A stretch of DNA of 64,000 bases, taken from a virus. How positions within the stretch are numbered: the stretch's first letter is position 1; the number at the start of each line of letters is the position of its first letter. Shown here piece after piece: positions 36,267-44,635 of the stretch. Location of the stretch: IMG/VR virus record IMGVR_UViG_3300046665_000193, positions 14,981-78,980 of that record. The stretch is one strand, 5' to 3'. A model generated the notes under the pieces. The model was not told the origin of the DNA. It made no database searches and was given only the letters and a program-made list of their open reading frames with translations. Position numbers and translations under genes: made by a program.

Positions 36267-36284
36267 TAAGGTTGCACGTCTACT
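36267..36284 (+). promoter_or_regulatory. Candidate phage RNAP promoter after terminase (phiOR-like position)
   Basis: TAAGGTTGCACGTCTACT. Confidence 0.5.
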
Positions 36285-36422
36285 ATTATGCTCCCCTCCG
36301 TTTACCTAATAGGTCCACTGAGGGGAGCCTGAGGTGAGGTTAAGGTTCACTGACCATCCTTGGGGTCCCCAGTAAGGATGAGACCCTAAGCAAGACCATG
36401 TGATGGTGAGACCGAGGTTGCC

Positions 36423-36629
36423 ATGCCGTTGCCTACTCCGAAGCCTTACACCCATGTCCGCCTTATGGATGAACCGGGGACTATGGATCGATACGAGATC
36501 AGGGTGTCCACCTTCATCGAGTACGACGACAATCCGGGGAGGAGGGCTATCAACGGGAAGCCCACCAAGGAGCAGGCTCTGCAGATGGCCAAGGAGATCG
36601 CCCGGCAGAAGCGGATCGAGTATCCGTGA
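36423..36629 (+). CDS. Small hypothetical protein
   Basis: GAGG RBS, phage-like codon usage. Confidence 0.6.
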   Translation: MPLPTPKPYTHVRLMDEPGTMDRYEIRVSTFIEYDDNPGRRAINGKPTKEQALQMAKEIARQKRIEYP

Positions 36630-37497
36630 CCGAGACCCGCCCCATAGCCTCGCTGACGCTCGGCTCCAGGGCGGAAGTAGGGCAAGGCTCTCTAGGAGGC
36701 CCGTACAGTGCCCTTTCACCGGCACCCTCACTGACCCTGCTGTGCACCTCAAAGAGCGCACCCTGAGCCACGCCTGCTGACCGTAGAGTGTCTCCGAAGT
36801 GCATGTGAGGTGGGTTGCGGATAGTTGGTGAAAATCTCTGAAGTGGGGGCTCGAACCCTAAGGTGGCGCGTTTCCCCCGTGGCCCCTCGCGATCCACACG
36901 CATTGCAGGGCGATTGGCACCGCACCTTGTCACCGCACCATGCTAAGCCATTGATATGACTCAGGTCGCACGGGATGATGCATCCACATTGCCCATGAAA
37001 TGCAGGGGCGGGGCGCTATCGGGGCAGTGCAAGGCGTTGCGGTTCGTCCGCCTTCATCTTCATATCAGTGTATTTGCGATTGCAGCCCGCACCTTCAATG
37101 CACCTCAACAGCACGTCAGAGGCACGTTAGCGCCACGCCAGCGCAACGGCAGTGCCACCATGGGCCGCGTCTATAGTGCACGTCAGGTGCGCATGAGGTG
37201 ACAGGGGCAGGGCGCTTGCATTGTCACCACACGCCGCACCCACGTTGTCACCTCAGTGCACCTCAGATGCACGGGCAGGGCGCTATCGTGTGCCGTATGG
37301 CTTCCATTGTCCTGCAGCGTCATAGCGCCCGCCGTCACTGCGCACCTTGCCGTCATTCCACGTTAGCAGGGCCATTACAGCCACTGCGATTGCACCCAAG
37401 ATAACGATTTGCTTGGCCTTCATAACTACACTTCGACTCCGAAAGCGGTGACAAAACAGTGGATTATAAAATTGTTCTGTCTACCTGCATTTTATTG
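36630..37497. other. Non-coding region, probable virion genome-end / terminal repeat junction
   Basis: Lies between late (terminase) and early genes as in a circularised T7-like genome; rich in GCACC and TGTCACC repeats. Confidence 0.6.
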
Positions 37498-37527
37498 TTG
37501 ACCTTCCAAACGTAGCAAGTCTATAAC
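37498..37527 (+). promoter_or_regulatory. Host sigma70-type early promoter overlapped by operator
   Basis: TTGACC-17 nt-CTATAA with AT-rich UP region; operator ACCTTCCAAACGTAG-N5-CTATA spans it. Confidence 0.75.
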
Positions 37528-37898
37528 TGGCCACAGTCGAGGCAAGGCATGCGATGCCTGCCACCGCTAAGGTGGTCTCGATCTACGGCAAGGCGGGCTC
37601 TGCAAGAGCATACGAAACCCGCAGCACGGTTGCTCCGATCCAACCGCCCTATGATGCACCTACGCGAAAGCGCAAGGCCACTCAAGGGCGCTGCAGGGCG
37701 GGCGCGGTCTACCGGCAATACACTCTCCCAATTCAAACACAGAGCGCTGCACTGCATCCGCGACAACCCGCAACATGCAAGGCCGCTGGCCACTACCGCG
37801 AACCGATCCGGTTTGCTGCAGCGCTCAAGTTTGGCTTGCTGGCCAATGTCCCCATCTGTTTTTTTGTCAACTCACCTACCAATCATAGAGGGTCTACC

Positions 37899-38672
37899 AT
37901 GTCTAACTATCCGGTTTCGAACGGCTATCGCTTGCTGTCCCCATCCAATCCCAAGATCAATAAGGGTCGCGCCGTAGGGTATCAGACATTCATCCTGCAT
38001 CTCGCTCCAGCCAAGCTTGCTGGCTTCAATACCTGCCCGATGGCGACCGCTGGCTGTAAGGCCGCTTGCCTCAACACTGCAGGGCGGGGCGGGATCATGG
38101 CCGGTCACGGTATCCTCACTGAACGCGATGTGGCCGCTGGCATTCACAATCAAATTCAGGCCGCTCGCATCCGCAAGACCAAGGCATTCTTCACTGACCG
38201 CGAAGGGTTCATGAAGGTGCTGCACAAGGACATTGCGAAGGCCATCCGCGTCGCTCGCTCCAATGGCTTCATTCCCGTGTTTCGCCTCAACGGCACGTCT
38301 GATATTCGCTGGGAAAGCATCCCGGTTGAAGGTCACGCCAGCATCTTCGCAGCGTTCCCTGACGTGCAATTCTACGACTACACGAAGATTGCCAACCGCA
38401 AGAACCTGCCAGCTAACTACGCTGTGACGTTCTCGCTCGCCGATGGCAACGATAAGCAGGCCGCTGCAGCGCTCGCTAATGGCCTGAACGTGGCCGCTGT
38501 GTTTCGGACGAAGGAAGCCGTGGCGCGGGTTGAGGCTGCAGGCTTCATGGGCCATCCCGTGTTCAATGGCGATGAAAGCGATCTGCGCTTCCTCGACCCT
38601 GCGCACCACGTCATTGCGCTCTACGCCAAGGGCAACGCCAAGCGCGACACACTTGGGTTTGTGCGTGACTGA
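37899..38672 (+). CDS. GP88-like (phage gene 88 family) Cys-motif protein
   Basis: NTCP.A..GC...CL...GRG, RLNGTSDI.W, FYDYTK, GDESDLRF; start at ATG 37899 (RBS GAGGG). Confidence 0.7.
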   Translation: MSNYPVSNGYRLLSPSNPKINKGRAVGYQTFILHLAPAKLAGFNTCPMATAGCKAACLNTAGRGGIMAGHGILTERDVAAGIHNQIQAARIRKTKAFFTDREGFMKVLHKDIAKAIRVARSNGFIPVFRLNGTSDIRWESIPVEGHASIFAAFPDVQFYDYTKIANRKNLPANYAVTFSLADGNDKQAAAALANGLNVAAVFRTKEAVARVEAAGFMGHPVFNGDESDLRFLDPAHHVIALYAKGNAKRDTLGFVRD

Positions 38673-38775
38673 TCACCTTCCAGTCATAGCCTAACTACAC
38701 AAGGCAAGCTTATCGACACAGGGCATCGCAAGTGCCCTGCACGATGCGCTCATGCATCTTTGTGGAGGTTCTACC

Positions 38776-39111
38776 GTGACACGCCGCAACTACAATGCCG
38801 CTGCAGTGGATGCAGCCATTGCTCAGAGCAACCGCTCAGGCTGCAAGATCAATGGCCGCGAAGCGAAGGCAATCCACGCGCTGCTGCAGGGCAGGGCACC
38901 GCGCCCTTACTACACATTGGCCGTTCGCTATGACGGAAGATGGAGCTGCGAATTTGGCGACTATGCCCGCGACGTTGTCGAGCAAGAGCTGCAGGACGTT
39001 CGCGACAACTCAGGCATCCGCAAAGCGGACTTGAAAATCATCACCACGGGTTCGTCACAGGCCGCAATTGATGCGGCGATCACTGCACTCAACGAGGTAT
39101 CGGGCAAATGA
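38776..39111 (+). CDS. Early hypothetical protein
   Basis: GGAGG RBS before GTG. Confidence 0.65.
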   Translation: MTRRNYNAAAVDAAIAQSNRSGCKINGREAKAIHALLQGRAPRPYYTLAVRYDGRWSCEFGDYARDVVEQELQDVRDNSGIRKADLKIITTGSSQAAIDAAITALNEVSGK

Positions 39112-39365
39112 GACTTCCAAACGTAGCGCAGGTCACCTGCAAGCCAACCGCAACGACCACCTATTGCGGCCACTACACATTCAACCGGAAGGGCGGCGTG
39201 CTGCGCTTCCATGGTCATAAGTTCTTCGAGGATCGTGACCATTTCGAGCGCTGTCTGGTGGCGTGGAACAAGTCGAATGACTGGCACTACGAGGCACGTC
39301 TGATGCCCGTTATGTCCATCGGTCAGGATGAGATCGACTACGCGCTGCAGTCGGAGGCCGCATGA
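39108..39365 (+). CDS. Early hypothetical protein
   Basis: ATGA-coupled ORF. Confidence 0.6.
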   Translation: MRLPNVAQVTCKPTATTTYCGHYTFNRKGGVLRFHGHKFFEDRDHFERCLVAWNKSNDWHYEARLMPVMSIGQDEIDYALQSEAA

Positions 39366-39438
39366 TGACGTGGGACCTCAAGTGCATGTTCGCCCTCGCG
39401 TTCATCGGCTCGTTCGCCATCCCGGTCTGGGTGCTGCA

Positions 39439-39651
39439 ATGAACGATCCGCAGAGCATGGTGGAGCGCGTCAAGCACGGCACACGCGAGACAACTACACA
39501 TCTGGTGACGGTGGATGACCTGATCATCTACCGCACGAAAGAGGGCGGGCTCTGTGTCGAGTTCGTTCGCTGCGATGCCAAGGGCAAGCCCGCTGAGGGC
39601 TACCGCATCACAGTCTGCCCAGAGGATGCAGGGCGCATCCGCAAAGCTTGA
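39439..39651 (+). CDS. Early hypothetical protein
   Basis: 3' part of ORF 39328..39651, followed by hairpin 39660-39679. Confidence 0.5.
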   Translation: MNDPQSMVERVKHGTRETTTHLVTVDDLIIYRTKEGGLCVEFVRCDAKGKPAEGYRITVCPEDAGRIRKA

Positions 39652-39729
39652 ACTAATCCGAGGGGCTTCACGGCCCCTCCAGTGAGTTCAATCGGGCTCT
39701 TCAACGCGCAACCGGGACGGGGATATTTC

Positions 39730-40833
39730 ATGCGCCTTCGATACGATCCTTTCAGGCAACAGTTTGAACATTCGCGCGAATACGATTGCCTCAACAGTTA
39801 CGAGCGCAAGGTGCTGCTCGACCACGTTAAGCGCTGGTGCCGGGACTGGGATGGCCAGCGGACGCGAGAGATCGCGTTGCCACTTAAGCCGCGCGTGATG
39901 GTCCGCCCGCCGTCCATGCCACACCGCATGGTGAAGATGAGGCGCGTCGAGGTGATCCTGACTGAGCCGGTCATTCCCGGTCGGCGCGAGAATGCCGAAG
40001 AGAAGGCACGCCGCGAGCTGATGCAGTTCATGGCACACGCCAACCTTATGAACCCAGCGCAGTTCCTTCGCCCGAATAAGTTCGCTGCCATGGTAGGCAA
40101 CGACAGGCCACCGCGCGACTTCATCCTGCCCGCCGCGCAGCAGAAGGCCATGGCGGACATGAAGGCTTACTGTGTGGCCGACGTGAAGATGGCACAGATC
40201 GCCCTGGCCCCTCCGGTGATCGATAAGCCGGTACAGTCCGCAATCGGCCCGCTCAGCCGCTGGGATCATGGTGAGGACTTCATCGTGGCGCTGCGCAAGA
40301 GGGGCTACGAAGAACTGGGCCGGGGCTGCTTCTCCGCAGTGCTCGCCAAGAAGAACAGCAGGCGCGTGATCAAGGTCAACTTCCGCGCCGACCCGTGGCT
40401 GGACTATGTGGTCTGGGCTGCGAAGGCGGGGCAGGCGGGGAAGTTCGCTCCGAAGGTGTTTAGCTATCGACGCTTCAACATCGGGCGCGGCAGTGAGTTT
40501 TATGTCGCTGTCATGGAGCGGTTGAACGGCAACGCCTACGAGCTGGCCCATACCAACCGGCCACGACACCGGGCGTACCTAGCGCTCACTCAGTTCATGC
40601 GCAACCGCGACGATGCGAAGGGTGTCACTGCAGAGCGCGAGCTGCCGGGCGCCATCACCTTCGCGGTCTTGTTCAGGACGGCCTTCCAAGGCAAGCGCTT
40701 CGACCTTCACGAGGGCAACTTCATGCAGCGCGAGGATGGAACCTTGGTCTGCACTGATCCGCTTTCGGACGGGACCACCACCGCACCGTCGAGGATGCGT
40801 CACCGCGACCTCGCCGCCCTTCACGCTGCCTAA
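39730..40833 (+). CDS. Protein kinase, T7 gp0.7-like catalytic domain
   Basis: LGRGCFSAV, RVIKV, YVAVMERL, FDLHEGNFM, TDP; early-region position. Confidence 0.8.
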   Translation: MRLRYDPFRQQFEHSREYDCLNSYERKVLLDHVKRWCRDWDGQRTREIALPLKPRVMVRPPSMPHRMVKMRRVEVILTEPVIPGRRENAEEKARRELMQFMAHANLMNPAQFLRPNKFAAMVGNDRPPRDFILPAAQQKAMADMKAYCVADVKMAQIALAPPVIDKPVQSAIGPLSRWDHGEDFIVALRKRGYEELGRGCFSAVLAKKNSRRVIKVNFRADPWLDYVVWAAKAGQAGKFAPKVFSYRRFNIGRGSEFYVAVMERLNGNAYELAHTNRPRHRAYLALTQFMRNRDDAKGVTAERELPGAITFAVLFRTAFQGKRFDLHEGNFMQREDGTLVCTDPLSDGTTTAPSRMRHRDLAALHAA

Positions 40834-40863
40834 TAACCTTCCATGCATAGGTAGACTACACAA

Positions 40864-41052
40864 ATGAAGCGACGCATTTTCACTAGCATCAAGTCAGCAC
40901 GCCACGCAGGGCTGCAGGCTGTCACGGGCAGGGCGCTCCAGTTCAAGATCGAGGCCACTGTCATCTGGAACAAGGATCGCTCTGCCGACATCGGTTGGCA
41001 GGTTTCGCTCTGGAGCCCTGTGGGTAACTTGAAGGGCTGGGTGCGCGGATGA
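40864..41052 (+). CDS. Early hypothetical protein
   Basis: ORF right after an operator copy. Confidence 0.55.
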   Translation: MKRRIFTSIKSARHAGLQAVTGRALQFKIEATVIWNKDRSADIGWQVSLWSPVGNLKGWVRG

Positions 41053-41414
41053 GTTATGAACAGGCAATCGATCTCGTCGGCGATGCACCGGCTTGGGTGC
41101 TGGAGGGGATCATCGAGCGACAGCCGAAAAGGTCGCGTTATGCACAGGCCGCTTGGGTGCTTTTGAAGAAGAAAGTGGGAGCCTGAAAACAGTAATCATT
41201 CCCGCAACGTTTCGTGCACCAAGTCATGTTCCCGCCTCAATAATTTGTTGCTGACCTTCCAATCATAAAATATCCCGTGACGTAGTTGGTGAGCGATTGG
41301 AAGATTAGCTTGCAGACAAAGCTATTGAACGGAAGGACATTATCCCTAGACAAGGGGCTCTGTTCTCGCTACGTTCTAATAATCAGAAACGCACTAAAGG
41401 ACTTCACTTACATC

Positions 41415-41729
41415 ATGCGCCACCTGTTTGGAGTTATCGAACTACCGACGGAAGTCGAGCCTGACCAACTCGTTTCTCCCGACTTGCCCAACGGATATGA
41501 GACCGTAGCCGGTTGGTGGGCGACGCGAGAAACCGCTGCGCTGGAGATGCTTAGCGACCCTATAGCAACGCTTTTCGAAGACGAGGAGCATCTAATAACC
41601 ATCGCGGACAAGCTTGAGGTTTTGTGGAAGTGGGTAACCGCTCCCCCGGCGTTTCAGGCAATGGGATTTAAAGTTTCGAAAGCTTTTCCCTTAGATTTGC
41701 TTCAACAATTCTATCCCCTTCACCCTTAA
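41415..41729 (+). CDS. Moron-like hypothetical protein (AT-richer, own promoter)
   Basis: TAGACA-17-TACGTT at 41347; hairpin at 41742-41770 downstream. Confidence 0.6.
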   Translation: MRHLFGVIELPTEVEPDQLVSPDLPNGYETVAGWWATRETAALEMLSDPIATLFEDEEHLITIADKLEVLWKWVTAPPAFQAMGFKVSKAFPLDLLQQFYPLHP

Positions 41730-41795
41730 TCAGCTAAATATCCCGGCGCGGGGACGATCAATGCGCCGGGTTGCAGGGACGGGAACCAAAACTAC

Positions 41796-41824
41796 TTGCC
41801 AAGAGTAGTTAATCTCGTTATGGC
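41796..41824 (+). promoter_or_regulatory. Candidate sigma70 promoter for marR-int-tRNA unit
   Basis: TTGCCA-17-TATGGC, overlapped by inverted repeat AACTACT/AGTAGTT. Confidence 0.5.
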
Positions 41825-41881
41825 GAATAACCAGCAACCGTAGGAGCGTACAAAATGCCGACCAGAGGGACTACAACCACA

Positions 41882-42235
41882 ATGAGTAACGTGACGAACA
41901 TTGAGGACAGCGAGTGGGTTGAGAAGCTCGCTCTGGTCATAGATGAGTTTCGCAAGATCAGTCAGGACATCACAGCAAACCAAATGCTGGTCCTCCTTCG
42001 CATCGGCGAGCACCCCGGCATCACGCAGAACAAGCTCGCGGAGAGCACGGGCCTTCGTGACGGCACCATCTCGCGCATCTGCGCCATGATGTCGGAGCGT
42101 GGGCATCAGGGCCGAGAAGGGCTCAGCGTCATATCGATCAACCCCGTCCCAAATGACTATCGCGCGAAGGGCCAGGAACTGATCGGCAACGGCAAGCGCA
42201 TGTACACCAGCATCAAGAAGCTGATGAGCAAGTAA
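41882..42235 (+). CDS. MarR-like winged-helix regulator (candidate repressor or directionality factor)
   Basis: QMLVLL.I...PGITQ..LAE..GL...TISR, D.R.K wing; directly upstream of int. Confidence 0.8.
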   Translation: MSNVTNIEDSEWVEKLALVIDEFRKISQDITANQMLVLLRIGEHPGITQNKLAESTGLRDGTISRICAMMSERGHQGREGLSVISINPVPNDYRAKGQELIGNGKRMYTSIKKLMSK

Positions 42236-42247
42236 GAGGAGCCGCAG

Positions 42248-43363
42248 TTGGCGACCTATCCTAAGGGAAACAAATTCATCACCAAGTTCATGATCGACGG
42301 GGTTCGACATACCCGGATGCATGACACAGAAGCCGAAGGCGAAGCGTGGGAGCTGCAAAGCCGCGCGAACCTCAAACTAGGCAAAGCTATTCCAGTCGCC
42401 GAAAAGAAGATCGGTGGCAGCGACGCTGGAGCGCTCGGCAACCTTCTCCGCGAAACCGCAACCCTCCACTGGGCCAAGGGCAAGGACAGCTCAAAGTGTG
42501 AGCTGAATGCCACCACCTTCGTCAATTGGTGCGGCAAGGACATGCCCTCCCGCGACGCCTTCAAGCAGGACAACATCGACGACTTCGTCGCCTACCTCAT
42601 CAACGAGCGTGAGGTATCCGGCTCGACGGTCAATCGTTACTGTTCCGCCATCCGGGTCATGGCTCAGCGGATCATCAAAAAGTCCGAAGACCTCCCCACG
42701 TTCCCAAAGTATAAAGAGAGCAGGGGCCGGTTCCGGTTCTTCTCCCATGAGGAGGAGCGGCAGATCACCGCGCTCTGGACCCTCTGGGAGCGGTACGCTG
42801 AGCTGGACTTCCTCATCTTCCTGATCGACACCGGAGCCCGCACCTACACCGAGGGACAGGCACTTAAGTGGGTCGATATCCACGCCGACCGGGCCATCTT
42901 CTGGGAGACCAAGAACGGCGGGTTCCGTGCGGTTCCGCTAAGCGAGCGGGCCAAGGCTGCTCTGGAGCGCCGCCGTAAACTAAAGGGTAACCAAGCCGGG
43001 CCGTTCAGCGACCTCGACAAGAGCCACATGCGCTGGCTCTGGGAGAAGACCCGTGGCCAGTTACCGCACCTTGAGGATGCCGTCCTGTATTGCACCCGGC
43101 ACACCTACGGTTCCCGAATGGTCATGAACGGGGTGCCCCTGTCGGTCCTCAAGAAGCTGATGGGCCACTCGGACATTAAGATGACTGAGCGCTACGCCGT
43201 GTTCGAGGACAACGCCGCCTTCGCCGCAGCGCTCACCGCCCTCAACAGCAACGGCTTTGCCCCCAAGGCCGCGCCCTTGTCGGTCGTGGTCGATAACGAA
43301 CCGGCACCGGGTCCCATGGAGGTTCTGGCCAAGAACCTTGAACGGGCAGGGCAAGTGCAGTAG
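42248..43363 (+). CDS. int: Tyrosine integrase
   Basis: TGAR, TKNG, YxxRH, MGH, RYA catalytic motifs; N-terminal arm-binding-like region. Confidence 0.95.
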   Translation: MATYPKGNKFITKFMIDGVRHTRMHDTEAEGEAWELQSRANLKLGKAIPVAEKKIGGSDAGALGNLLRETATLHWAKGKDSSKCELNATTFVNWCGKDMPSRDAFKQDNIDDFVAYLINEREVSGSTVNRYCSAIRVMAQRIIKKSEDLPTFPKYKESRGRFRFFSHEEERQITALWTLWERYAELDFLIFLIDTGARTYTEGQALKWVDIHADRAIFWETKNGGFRAVPLSERAKAALERRRKLKGNQAGPFSDLDKSHMRWLWEKTRGQLPHLEDAVLYCTRHTYGSRMVMNGVPLSVLKKLMGHSDIKMTERYAVFEDNAAFAAALTALNSNGFAPKAAPLSVVVDNEPAPGPMEVLAKNLERAGQVQ

Positions 43364-43396
43364 ACACCCCGGCCATGTCGTTCGGTCGCGAGACCG

Positions 43397-43448
43397 GGTG
43401 ACAATGCGGGTGACAAAGGGGTGCGAAATGGCACCTCTTTGGTGACAA
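43397..43448 (+). repeat. Arm-type repeats GGTGACAA, P arm of element B
   Basis: Copies at 43397, 43409, 43441. Confidence 0.8.
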
Positions 43449-43449
43449 T

Positions 43450-43534
43450 GCGGGCGTGGCGGAATTGGTAGACGCAGCGGCTTTAGGTGCCGCCGCCGTA
43501 AGGTTTAGGGGTTCGAGTCCCTTCGCCCGCACCA
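43450..43534 (+). tRNA. tRNA-Leu(TAG), phage-borne, encoded CCA
   Basis: Full cloverleaf; differs from 575-659 by a compensatory D-stem pair and variable-loop changes. Confidence 0.96.
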
Positions 43535-43707
43535 TCGAAGCCACGGGATTTAGGTGTTGGTGCCAAATCCTCTAGCTTTCGCAGGTGATACGCCCCGTTT
43601 CGCCGACTTCCCAAGTTGCTTCAATCACATCAGTAGATCAGTAATCTACTGCGCTTGGCAGGTTATTTTCCTGACAGGTCAAAAGGTGACAATAAGAGGT
43701 GACAAAT

Positions 43708-44534
43708 TCACCTATCGACGAGCGCTTCTGGCTGATTTGTGGATTTGGCCAGTCGCTTCAACTCATTGATCGTTTCGATTACTCGATCCATCGGCTCGAC
43801 GACTGTGTATCCTGAGTTGTGTCGTCGTTGACTTACCTCTTGACGATCAACTGAGCTATACAGCTTCTCGACAAATCCGATATTTCTGATTGCGACTCCG
43901 ACGGAGTGTCGATCCTCGGCCCTCAGCACCAAGCCACCACTGTTACCGGGATAGGTTGGACAATCGATGATGATCTTGTTGCTCGGCGGCTTGCCAGCTA
44001 CGATACCCGAGCGCAGCAGCGGGTATCCTCGGTCAAGCGCATCTTCCTTTTCAGCGAGTGAGGTTGGGTAGCCCATCATGAAGATCGGCTCCCCCGGTAT
44101 CACCGACGCATACAAGGCGGTCATGCTAAGAGGCGTACCTTGCAGGTATGTCGCCGGGTCGTAACCAATTTGAGTGACGCCTTCGACGAGGTCCATTCGA
44201 TACCGATTAACCCCCGCATCAGGCTGAGGTCTCATCGTTCCAATTCGACAGACGGCCACATCGGTGAGACCATCGGGATGCCTGCAAAAATTACCGTCTG
44301 CAAAAAGCCTCGGACTGTCGAGCGAATGCTTGACTGTCTTAGTGAGCGTTACACTATCGAGTGCGGTGATTATCACCGGATCAGTGAAGAGTTCTAATTT
44401 GTTTTTTAACAGAACATGCGCTGCCGAAACGAGATAGACGTTCTCGTTGTCGTAGAGATGGACCCGCTTCCTGTTGTGCCTTTTATCTCGATGAGGGCTG
44501 GGTAAGATAAGTAGTTGAGGTCCCTATTCGGCAC
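43708..44534 (-). pseudogene. Trypsin-like serine protease with a 1-nt frameshift near 44462
   Basis: GTG 44534 gives MPNRDLNYLSYPALIEIKGTTGSG; the other frame continues HLYDNENVYLVSAAHVL...DVAV...GNSGG; one added base restores GSGF and a 275-aa ORF. Confidence 0.8.
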
Positions 44535-44550
44535 GAGTACGCCCCCAAAA

Positions 44551-44635
44551 TGGTGCCCGGCGAGGGACTCGAACCCCCACACCTTTCAGCGACGGTACCT
44601 AAAACCGTTGCGTCTACCAATTCCGCCAGCCGGGC
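44551..44635 (-). tRNA. tRNA-Leu(TAG), divergent, cassette-borne
   Basis: GCCCGGC/GCCGGGC acceptor, ACGGT-TTTAGGT-ACCGT anticodon arm, GGTTCGAGTCC, ACCA. Confidence 0.95.

Larger units (their letters stand above)
674..43555 (+). mobile_element. Element B: complete temperate T7-like (Autographiviridae-type) prophage, 42,875 bp core-to-core
   Basis: Single-subunit RNAP, T7-order replication and morphogenesis genes, terminase, integrase; bounded by TTTAGGT cores; joined ends give CGGGA-TTTAGGT-TCCCG. Confidence 0.95.

Noticed and set aside
37554-37898. 115-aa N-terminal extension of the GP88-like ORF, and the extended RNAP starts at 1028 and 45660
   Set aside because: Better RBS-linked starts exist at 37899, 1142 and 45867; the RNAP extensions overlap other genes and are not conserved between B and D.
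43085-43102. Integrase inactive because HxxR reads YxxR
   Set aside because: The same substitution is in the element A integrase, the other catalytic residues are intact, and this position is known to vary among tyrosine recombinases.
575-43534. Treating the two similar tRNA-Leu genes as classical attL/attR direct repeats
   Set aside because: Both are full-length, differ internally, and lie on the integrase side. Homology between elements switches at the separate TTTAGGT core about 14 bp downstream.
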